A stretch of 56,221 bases of DNA, the filler included, from Callorhinchus milii (taxonomy: Eukaryota): NCBI RefSeq assembly GCF_018977255.1. It is 2 parts of 2 records of this genome, joined end to end, with 100 filler letters (N's around TTAATTAATTAA, not from the genome) between each part and the next. Parts side by side here need not be neighbours in the genome. Positions count along the whole stretch, not along the records: positions 1 to 28,064 come from NW_024705677.1; 1 more part is not named here. One strand, written 5' to 3'. The number at the start of each line of letters is the position of its first letter. Positions within the stretch are counted from its first letter, which is position 1. Shown in pieces: positions 11,763-22,900 of this stretch. The position numbers and the translations under genes were made by a program. The notes below the pieces were generated by a model. The model was not told the origin of the DNA. It made no database searches and saw nothing but the letters and a program-made list of their open reading frames with translations.

Positions 11763-12618
11763 TAGATTTTAGTTTTTCACTTCACTTTACTTTTCCAGGT
11801 AAGGCCCCCACTGAGCTGTGTAGTAGCGACCTGGCTATCACAAGTGACAGCAGCGCACCAAAGTGGCTCATCACGTGACATTCACAGCAGCCAAATACTC
11901 TGAACGCATGTTGAGATGTTAACTACCTCTCCTGGTATACAGGAGATCGTTGGTTCGATTCCGACCCAGACGCCTGCTGTATATTTTGAGTTTGCGTGTA
12001 TCTCTCTCTCCCCGTGGTCGTGTGGATTTTTCTCCAGGTCCTCCGGTTTTTCCCTCGACATTTAATTCTATTTAGAGAGGCATCAGCAGTGGCAGCAGCA
12101 GCACTACTGTTGTTGTTATAAAGACGTCGTTGCTCACCGCAGAGAAGCGTAGCGACACGACCGCCGCCACTCTGCGCTAGCCGGCGCCAAAACTGTGCCA
12201 CACTCCCTGCCCCGCGTGGCCCTGTGGGAGCCTCGGTACCGATAAAGTTACTTTAGTTTTTACTGCGTTTTGTTGTTCCGACGACGACGACGTTCACGCA
12301 CGGCGCGCGGCGTCGTCGCGACGGCAAAGGGTGAAGTTCACGCTGGGAACATTTTCAACGGGGGAGGCAGCAACAACACGCAGGGTGATCCAAGTGCAGA
12401 TGCCCCAATCATACCTACACCCCCCTCCCCCAACGCCCTCTCGGAATATTTTTTCAGACCGCAGGAATCCGATGAGCTATGAAGCTCTTCTTCGCAGATC
12501 TCCAGCCGTTCCACAGATGTCCTCTCCTAACACCCCCCCCCACCTCCTCCTCGGAGCTTTCCTCTCAGCAGCAAAGTGAATATCGCGCGAGCGATGGCTC
12601 GGGGCTACGGGACTGAGT

Positions 12619-12909
12619 CAGAGGTCGCAAACGGGTTTTGATTCCTTACCCGTACCCGGCCGCACCAGCGTCGTAAACAGGTACCCGTACCCGGTATCGG
12701 GTACCTGATTGCGACCTCTGAGGTGAAGCCATGTTGCAGGCGCGGGTGGGTTGATTCTAGGAACTTGAATTGTGAGAAGAGACAAGACGTTGGGAAATGA
12801 GTGACAGTTACTCACCAATGACTCACGGTCTACCCGTACCCGGCCGCACCAGGGTCGCAAACGGCTACCCGTACCCGGCCGGGTATCGGGTACCCGGTTG
12901 CGACCTCTG
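12619..12909. mobile_element. hAT-type MITE
   Basis: TIR CAGAGGTCGCAA...TTGCGACCTCTG with 8-bp TSD GACTGAGT (12611-12618, 12910-12917). Confidence 0.85.
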
Positions 12910-13387
12910 GACTGAGTGTTCGGAGATTTGTGAGCAGATGCCACCTTCGTCATCGGCCGCGGTTCAGTCTACCGCTGGATGGGTACGTACTGTACGTACT
13001 GTACGTACGTCGCACGGGGCAGGGCTACAAGACGGCACGCGGTGCGCATGGAGACCGGCGGGAGACGTGCAGACTGGGGTGTCTGTAGGTGGATCGCCCT
13101 GCGGTGCCCCCCTCGAGGGTAACAACAGTGCAGCTCTGCACGGGGGACTCTGCACACTCACACACACAGGGACCCCCAGGTGATGGGGGTGGGGGGGGAC
13201 GTGCAGTGGTTGGGACCTAGAACTCCGCACTTGCAATCGAGGGGTGGCCGGGTCGGTTTAATCTCCCACCCCCACAGAGTGTGAGGCAGGTGTAGGAGGA
13301 TCCGTAGGTTTCCGTGTTCACATTCAAAATCAGTTTCAAGAGTGGCACAGCCTCGGCTAATCACGTGGCCTGTTGTTTAAAACTAAT

Positions 13388-13998
13388 TCACAGCTCGGCG
13401 CTGTGCGCGTTTTGCTCAGGATGGATGACTTTTCTGTTTCCACGGGAATGAGAAAATGCATTCTGGCCGGTGTGTGTTCTCTGGTGCCGGCGAAGAGTTG
13501 ATAGATGTGCAAACGCCTTCTCACACATGGTGCACTTGAACGGCTTCTCTCCCGTGTGTGTTCTCTGGTGCCTGTGAAGAGTTGATAGATGTGCAAACGC
13601 CTTCTCACACATGGTGCACTTGAACGGCTTCTCTCCCGTGTGTGTTCTCTGGTGCCTGTGAAGAGTTGCTGTGTCTGCAAACGCCTTCTCACACACGGTG
13701 CACTTGAACGGCTTCTCTCCCGTGTGTGTTCTCTGGTGGCTGTGAAGAGTTGATAGCCGTGCAAACGCCTTCTCACACACCGTGCACTTGAACGGCTTCT
13801 CTCCCATGTGTGTTCTCTGGTGTATCTTCAAGTGATTCTTCCTGTCTGTGCTGTATGGACATTGGTCACACTGATGACTTTTGTTACTGGGCTTAGTGGG
13901 GTGTCTCCTCTGCACGTGATGCTGTAGACTAGAGCGGCAGATGAACTGACGGTCGCAGACAGGACACGGCAGCCTTGTGACCTCCACACCCACTCCAC
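13388..13998 (-). CDS. PRDM9: PRDM9 terminal exon, 6 C2H2 zinc fingers (4 in an 84-bp tandem array)
   Basis: CPVC..HVQRRH, CDQC..HQRTH, then four KPFKCTxCEKAFAxxxTLxxHQRTH units; TGA at 13390-13388. Confidence 0.92.
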
Positions 13999-16900
13999 CT
14001 GCGTCATCCCAGAGGAACAAGACACACGCGCACACACCAACATCTAGACATGAACACTCTTGCACACGTGTGTGTATATACAAAGGTAAAGTTACCCACC
14101 AGCCATATCAGACTGTTGGGCAAGTGCTGTTTGCGAGTACCTATGAAGGCCGGCATGGCACACGAGGGAGTAGGTGGCCAACACCAGGCCCGGCCGCCTT
14201 TGTCTCTCCAGTGGCGATGTTTCCACGTTTAAACTAGCTACTCATTTGAGGCTGAGTCAACCTAGGCGAGGCCTAAATATTCACCACTGACGTTGGCCGC
14301 GAGTGGGAATCGAACTCAGGTGGCCGGGTTCATAGTGCAGTGGGCTCCATTTATATACACACAAAGACAAAGAACCCCCGTATAGCCTGTATATGCTTTT
14401 GGAACAAGTGCTGTTATCGGGCACCTATGAAAGACAGCACGGCACACGAGTGGGAGGGTGGCCAGCACCACACATGGCCGCCTTTGTCTCCCCAGTGGCG
14501 ATGTTTACTACTACACACCACACCAGTTACTCACTTGCACCTTATCAGTGTGGGTGTTGCCAATCATCTCGGTGGCTATCATCTCTAGGGAGTGGTGGCT
14601 ATCATCTCTGGTGAGTGGTGGCTATCATCTCTGGTGAGTGGTGGCTATTATCTCTGGTGAGCGGTGGCTATCATCTCTGGTGAGTGATGGCTTTCATCTC
14701 TGGTGAGTGGTGGCTATCATCTCTGGTGAGTGGTGGCTATCATCTCTGGTGAGTGGTGGCTATCATCTCTAGTGAGTGGAGGCTATCATCTCTGGTGAGT
14801 CGAGGCTATCATCTCTGGTGAGTGGTGGCTATCATCTCTGGTGAGTGGTGGCTTTCATCTCTGGTGAGTGGTGGCTATCATCTCTGGTGAGTGGTGGCTA
14901 TCATCTCTAGTGAGTGGAGGCTATCATCTCTGGTGAGTGGTGGCTATCATCTCTGGTGAGTGGTTGCTATCATCTCTGGTGAGTGGTGGCTATCATCTCT
15001 GGTGAGTGGTTGCTATCATCTCGTGGCGTGGCTATCATCTCTGGTGAGTGGTGGCTATCATCTCTGGTGAGTGGTGGCTATCATCTCTGGTGAGTGGTGG
15101 CTATCATCTCTGGTGAGTGGTGGCTATCATCTCTGGTGAGTGGTGGCTATCATATCTGGTGAGTGGTGGCTATCATCTCTGGTGAGTGGTGGCTATCATC
15201 TCTGGTGAGTGGTGGCTATCATCTCTGGTGAGTGGTGGCTATCATTTCTGGTGAGGTGGCTATCATCTCTGGTGAGTGGTGGCTATCATCTCTGGTGAGT
15301 GGTGGCTATCATCTCTGGTGAGTGGTGGCTATCGTCTCTGATAGGTGGCTATCATGTCTGGTGAGTGGCTATCATCTCTGGTGAGCGGGAGTGGTGGCTA
15401 TCATATCTGGTGAGTGGGCTGTCATCTCTGGTGAGTGTTGGCAATAATTTCTGGTGAGTGGTGGCTATCATCTCTGGTGAGTGGTGGCTATCATCTCTGG
15501 TGAGTGTGGCTAATAATTCAGGTGAGCGGTGGCTATCATCTCTGGTGAGTGGTGGCTATCATCTCTGGTGAGTGGTGGCTATCATATCTGGTAAGTGGTG
15601 GCTATCATCTCTGGTGAGTGGTGGCTATCATCTCTGGTGAGTGGTGGCTATCATCTCTGGTGAGTGGTGGCTATCATCTCTGGTGAGTGGTGGCTATCAT
15701 CTCTGGTGAGTGGTGGCTATCGTCTCTGGTGAGTGGTGGCTATCATCTCTGGTGAGTGGTGGCTATCATCTCTGGTGAGTGGTGGCTATCGATCTCTGGT
15801 GAATGTTGGCTATCATCTCTGGTGAGTGGTGGCTATAGTCTGGTGAGCAGTGGCGAGTCTCTGGTGAGCGGTGCTCACAGTGTTCCTCGCTTGGTGGAGG
15901 CTGCACGGGCTGCAGGTCTCTGGCGGTGGCCCTGGGAGCCATCTCGTTGCTGCTGCTGCTGCGGCGTCGCGAGGGCCCGGCCTCGCAGGCGATGCCCAGC
16001 TCCTGGGCGAACTCCTCGCCGTACCAGACCAGCAGCTCAGAGCCGGGCCCCACGGCACGGAACGTGCGGTAGTAAATCTGCCCCCGGTGCTGGAAGGCCA
16101 CCAGGTTCTGCTCCTGCTCATTCCTCGCGCAGTTGACGAACCTGCGCGGGCAGACGCGGGGGCGGGGTGGGCGCCGTTAGCGAGCGCCTATTAAGGGCCG
16201 GCACTGGGCGCTACGTGGGGGTGGTGTGGCTGGAACCACGCTCCGTACCGGGTGCTCATTTGATGCCGAGTCGACCAAGGGGAGGCCCAGGGTTGGTCTC
16301 TGTGTGTAGTGGTTCTGGTCTCTGTGTTTAGTGGTTCTGGTCTCTGTGTGTGGTGGTTCTGGTCTCTGTGTGTAGTGGTTCTGGTCTCTGTGTGTAGTGG
16401 TTTTGGTCTCTGTGTGTGGTGGTTCTGGTCTCTGTGTGTAGTGGTTCTGGTCTCTGTGTGTGGTGGTTCTGGTCTCTGTGTGTGGTGGTTCTGGTCTCTG
16501 TGTGTGGTGGTTCTGGTCTCTGTGTGTGGTGGTTCTGGTCTCTGTGTGTGGTGGTTCTGGTCTCTGTGTGTAGTGGTTCTGGTCTCTGTGTGTAGTGGTT
16601 CTGGTCTCTGTGTGTGGTGGTTCTGGTCTCTGTGTGTAGTGGTTCTGGTTTCTGTGTGTAGTGGTTCTGGTCTCTGTGTGTGGTGGTTCTGGTCTCTGTG
16701 TGTAGTGGTTCTGGTCTCTGTGTGTGGTGGTTCTGGTCTCTGTGTGTGGTGGTTCTGGTCTCTGTGTGCAGTGGTTCTGGTTTCTGTGTGTAGTGGTTCT
16801 GGTCTCTGTGTGTGGTGGTTCTGGTCTCTGTGTGTGGTGGTTCTGGTCTCTGTGTGTAGTGGTTCTGGTCTCTGTGTGTGGTGGTTCTGGTCTCTGTGTG

Positions 16901-19900
16901 TAGTGGTTCTGGTTTCTGTGTGTAGTGGTTCTGGTCTCTGTGTGTGGTGGTTCTGGTCTCTGTGTGTGGTGGTTCTGGTCTCTGTGTGCAGTGGTTCTGG
17001 TTTCTGTGTGTAGTGGTTCTGGTCTCTGTGTGTGGTGGTTCTGGTCTCTGTGTGTGGTGGTTCTGGTCTCTGTGTGTGTGGTTCTGGTCTCTGTGTGTAG
17101 TGGTTCTGGTCTCTGTGTGTGGTGGTTCTGGTCTCTGTGTGTAGTGGTTCTGGTTTCTGTGTGTAGTGGTTCTGGTCTCTGTGTGTGGTGGTTCTGGTCT
17201 CTGTGTGTGGTGGTTCTGGTCTCTGTGTGTGGTGGTTCTGGTCTCTGTGTGTGGTGGTTCTGGTCTCTGTGTGTAGTGGTTCTGGTTTCTGTGTGTAGTG
17301 GTTCTGGTCTCTGTGTGTAGTGGTTCTGGTCTCTGTGTGTGGTGGTTCTGGTCTCTGTGTGTAGTGGTTCTGGTCTCTGTGTGTGGTGGTTCTGGTCTCT
17401 GTGTGTAGTGGTTCTGGTTTCTGTGTGTAGTGGTTCTGGTCTCTGTGTGTGGTGGTTCTGGTCTCTGTGTGTGGTGGTTCTGATCTCTGTGTTGTGGTCC
17501 TTAAGACAAAAATCACCTCATCCAGTTTGACTTAGATTCATCCTGAGCATCAACATATTCACGATCCTTTTTGTTTTTGTAAATCTGAAACACACACGCA
17601 CACGAGCAGATCCACGGATAATTAACGTGAGTTGGACTGTAAGTTGAACTTCTTTCGTACCGTACTTAGCCAACCGTGCTGATCGGAGGTGCGGGAGAAG
17701 GACAACAAACTAAACACCAAAATCAGTTCTATAGAAATGCGTTTTCAACCTACAAGATTTAAAAGTGCATAGCTCTCAGTGGCTTCCTAACATTGGAAGG
17801 AAGAACCTTCCAGACGGCCGCAGAAGTGCATCTGTAAGCGCCACGCCATGCGGTGACCACCGTCTTTGCTGTGTGTTACAAGTTGAAATTAGAATTACGT
17901 AAATTTTTGGGTCTCTCTGTGATTCTGGGGTCTCTCTGAAATTCTTTGGGTGAGTCTCTAGGTCTCTGTACGAGTCTATGGGTTTCTGTGCGAGTCTCTG
18001 GGTCTCTGTGCAAGTCTCTATGGTCTCTGTGTGAGTCTGTGGGTCTCTCGGTGCGATTCTCTGGGTCTCTGTGCGAGTCTGTGGGTGACTGTGTGGGGCT
18101 CTGGGTCTCTGTGCGAATCTCTGGGTCTCTGTGTGAGACTGTGGGTCTCTCTGTGCGATTCTCTGAGCCTCTATGTGAGTATCTGGGTCTCTCTGTGCCA
18201 GTCTCTGGGTCTCTGTGTGAGTCTGTGGGTGACTGTGTGAAGCTATGGGTCTCTGTGCGAGTCTATGGGTCTCTGTGTGAATCTATGGGTCTCTGTGCGA
18301 GTCTATGGGTCTCTGTGCGAGTCTATGGGTTTCTGTGCGAGTCTATGGGTCTATGTGCGAGTCTATGTGTCTCTGTGTGAGTCTATGGGTATCTGTGAGC
18401 ATGAACAGAGTTTGCGTGATGATGGTTTATGCTTCTTGACGAGATCAGCGGCGAGGTATCATGGTTTATTTGTGTGTAAGGAGTGCGTGAGGCAGAACCA
18501 CTTGTCTGTGGTTCCTCCTCGCGCATTGAAGTTGTTCTGTCCTTGCGAGCGAGCGGCTACTGTGGGTTACAAGTTTAACTCGTAATTACGTTAATTTTTT
18601 GGGTCTCTCTGTGAGTCTGTGGGTCCCTCTGTGAGTCACTGAGTCTCTGTGCAAGTCTCTAAGGCTCTGTGCGAGTCTCTGGGTCTCTGTGTGAGACTGT
18701 GGGTCTCTGTGCGATTCTCTGGGTCTCTGTGCGAGTCTCTGTGCGAGTCTCTGGGTCTCTCTGTGAGTCTGTGGGTCTCTGTGCGATTCTCTGAGCCTAT
18801 GTGTGAGTATCTGGGTCTCTCTGTGCGAGTCTCTGGGTCTCTGTGTGAGTCTGTGTGTCCCACTGTGAGTCTCTGGGTCTCTGTTCAAGTCTCTAGGTCT
18901 CTGTGCAAGTCTGTGGGTCTCTCTATGCGAGCCTCTGGGTCTCTGTGCAAAGTCTCTGGGTCTCTCTGTGCCAGTTTCTGGGTGACTGTGTGAGTCTGTG
19001 GGTGACTGTGTGAGGCTATGGGTTTCTCTGTATCTCCTTCACGAGCCTCCTCTCCACACACACGATGATGATGTAGGAATAGGAGGAGGCTGCAGCAGTG
19101 GCAGTGGCAGCAGCAGCAGCTCACCAGCCAGCAGTACTCGCTCATGGGGTTCTCCTCAGACACCTCTCCCTGGTAGGGCCCAAACATCACCCCCTTGGGC
19201 AGCTTCTTCCTGTTGCTCCACACCCCGAGGCCGGCGCCGGCGATGGAGGAGGCGCCGACGGTGAGGCCCTGGGGCAGGCTGAGCCGGGCCCTGTTGGCCA
19301 CTCCCGGGGCCACGGCCGCGTCCGCGATGAACTCTGGCGGGCCGTGCACGGAGCACTCCCCCAGGTAGAAATCCCTGCACAGCTCGCAGACTGAGAGCCA
19401 CAGCAGCAGCAGCGGGAGGAGGGCGAACCGCAGTAGCAACAGCAGCAGCAGCAGTGGCACTGTGAGAGGGTGAGAGGGTGAGGAGCGCTCCAGACAGATG
19501 CCTCCCTCCCTCCCTCTCTGCATGGGGAACTTCTTTAGCTCGCTCATCGGAGATGTAAACCCTGTCACCTTCCCTGCATCCCTCCCTGCATCCCTGAGTG
19601 AGGGAGCAAAAGAGAGAGAGGTAAGTGAGAGTGTGAGAAAGGGAGCGTGTGAGAGGGAGGGAAAGGGGGCAAGAGTGAGAGGGAGCAAGTGGAATATATC
19701 GAGTGAGAGTGCGGGAGCAATAGAGAGAGATGGGTGAGAGTGTGACAAACTGATGGGTGAGAGTGTGACATTCTAGATTTGAAGCTTTCGTGACTGCAAG
19801 GATTCATACTCTTAGTTCTTTCGGTAAAGTCACGTAGGTAAAAAATGAAATTAAAATTAATAAAATAAATAATAAAATAATGCACCAAATCTGGCTGTGA

Positions 19901-22900
19901 CGGTCCCACCTGATGACGGAGACTTGTGTTGCCTCCGAAACGTCGTGATTTTTATTTTATTTTATTTTTATAAATTTTTATTTCATTTTTTACTTACGTG
20001 ACTTTACCGAAAGAACTAAGAGTATGAGAGTGTGACAAACTGACATTGTGAGAAAGTGAGAGAGAGGTAGGGGGAGCAGGGGGTCTCACAGAAGAAGTCG
20101 TCGTCCTGGGGCTCCTCCACCTCTGTGTAGACTTTCCTCTCGCGCGGGCGCAGGCCGTAGCGAGAGCGAGCGCTGCGCGACACCGCCACAGCCTGGGCGG
20201 AGGCCGGCGGCACGGAGGAGCCTGCAGGCAAACACGGCGAGATGTTGACTACCTCTCCTGGTATACGGGAGGTCGCAGATTCCATCCCGACCCTGACGAA
20301 GCCTGCTGTATATTTGGAGTCTTCGTGTCTCTCTCTCCTCTGTGGCGAGATGTTAACTCCCTCGCCTGGAATACAGGAGGTCGTGGGTGCGATCCCGACC
20401 CTGACGACCCACGCTGTATATTTGGAGTTTGCGTGTTGAACCTCCCCGTGGTTGCGTGGATTTTTCTCCGGGTCCTCCGGTTTTTCCCCTCGACATTTAG
20501 AATCAACGTCACGTGTTGAGAGTATTTGGCTGCTGTAAATGTCCACGTAATGATGATGATGACAAGTCACTTCGTTGAGCTCTCATTTGTGATAGCCAGG
20601 TCGCTTCTGAAAAACAGTTACACAGCTCAGTGGGGCTTACCCTGGTAAAATAAACATCGTTTAGTTCATAGGCTGCATCAGTACCAGCAGCAGCCCTGAC
20701 AGGAGCACATGTAGCAGTAGCATCAACAGCAGTGGCGACTTCCATCAGCAGCAACAGAAGATTGCGGAGTTCCGGTGAGAATAGAGGGGAGTGTGGAGTT
20801 CCGGTGAGAATAGAGGGGAGTGTGGAGTTCCGGTGAGAATAGAGGGGAGTGTGGAGTTCCGGAGAATAGAGGGGAGTGTGGAGTTCCGGTGAGAATAGAG
20901 GGGAGTGTGGAGTTCCGGTGAGAATAGAGGGGAGTGTGGAGTTCCGGTGGGAATAGAGGGGAGTGTGGAGTTCCGGTGAGAATAGAGGGGAGTGTGGAGT
21001 TCCGGTGGGAATAGAGGGGAGTGTGGAGTTCCGGTGAGAATAGAGGGGAGTGTGGAGTTCTGGTGAGAATAGAGGGGAGTGTGGAGTTCCGGTGAGAATA
21101 GAGGGGAGCGTGGAGTTGCGGTGTGAATAGAAATCACCGCTGCAGGCTACGCACCTCCACGTATCCTCTGGAGCGCCACCCTCAGGGCCTCCTTGCAGGC
21201 GGTGGCTCTGCGCTCCAGCCTGAACATCGCCATCCTGGCCTTGTGCACCTCCCTCAGCTCAAATCCCCTGAACTCCTCCTCCTGCTGCTGCTCCTCCTCC
21301 TCCACGCCCTGCAAGATGCTCCACACGTACTCCAGGGCTTCCGCTTTAGTCTGAGCGGAGGGGGCGGTGGGGTGAGGGGGCGGAGGGGATGTGGGGGGCG
21401 GAGTTGGTGCGGTGACCAGCGGTGGCTAGGAGATGTTAACTCCCTCGCCTGGTACGCAGGAGGTCGCGGGTTCGATCTCGAGCCTGACACCTCATCGGAT
21501 TCCTCCAGTACAATACATATTCTAATTCTGATATTCTGATTCTGTAAATCTGATTCCATACATCAAGCAGAACCATGCCGTCATGCTGAACCTCGGTGGG
21601 TATGGCAGGCCAAGCCTCTTCACAACTAAACTAATTAATAAACTAATTATAATAATAAGCCCAAACGTTGTACCAGAGTGCCATGCAGGGGGGGCATGGT
21701 GGCTAGGAGATGTTAACAACCTCTCCTTGTATGCAGGAGGTCATGGGTTCGATCCTGACCCTGACGCCTGCTGCTGTATATTTGGAGTCTTCGTCTTTTT
21801 TTTCTCTCTCCCCGTGGTGAGGCGAGTTAGGGGAGGCACAGCCTCACCTGTTATACTCCAATGGAAATAGCTGTTACGAAAAGTACAAAATAATAAAGTA
21901 AAAAGTTAACCCATAAAAACAAAGTTTTTCACTATAAATCCTTTATATGCATGGCGGCTAGAGTCCTCTCGTCCTCTGGTTTGAGATGGCTGCCACCTAT
22001 GGGTCAGATGATTGCCTGCCACCATTAAGCAATTGGTAATTAAATATAAAAAAAATCCTAAAAAGTGTAAAGTTATGGAAAAAAATTTTCACGAAAATAA
22101 ATTGTCACGCGCAACGAGTCTGTGTGCAAAATGTCAGCTCGATTGGATCACGGGAAGTGGGTTAAAAAACGACCGAAAGATTTGCACGGTCGTAAGCGCG
22201 CAAGCAAGCAAGCAAGTGAACTTAATATAAAGGATTAAAAAATTTAGATTCTTCCACTGATCTGTGTTACGTCATTTCTGTACGATTCCAATCATTTTGA
22301 CAGTCAAAATCGCCAAATTTGCGGCGCTCCGCTGCAAATACAGGGAGACGAGAGGTGAGGCAGCGACAAGCTCAGCCTCCCCTCTGATTGCGCAACCCCT
22401 CAGAAACTGGATGGAGCGCGGGCAATAAGCGCGTGCCTGTTACTATCTGTCTGTAATGATTGGAATTATACAGAAATTACATTTATAACACAAATCAGTG
22501 GAACATTTTTTTCACTTTCGTAAGGGGCCGTCCATAAATGACGTCACGCACCTGGGGGGGAGGGGGGGTCAGACGTTTGTGACGATGTGTGACGAGGGGG
22601 GGGGGTTGTGAAATGTGACGTCACATCAAAATGCACAACTTTAAATAAATATAGACAACACGTTCTACTTAATTATTTCGACTTTTAAATAAATGTTTTT
22701 TCCTACAACATCAGAGTGCAGCGCCACATTAAATACGCACTACAATGACAATAGTTTAAAGCGATTTGAAGCATGTTTTTTTTTTTTTGGGGGGGGGGCA
22801 GAGCTTTGTGACGTCATATTTGAGGGGGGGTCTGACTTTTTGTGACGCCGTGTGACGAGGGGGGGGGGGGTCAAAAATCGTCAAAAATCACGTGACGTCA

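Noticed and set aside
14570..15870. CRISPR-like regular repeats (also 20766-21120, 37478-37957)
   Set aside because: Head-to-tail units with no unique spacers, no cas genes and a eukaryotic context.
16191..17516. 441-aa repetitive ORF
   Set aside because: Read-through of a 22-bp intronic minisatellite between two PR/SET exons.
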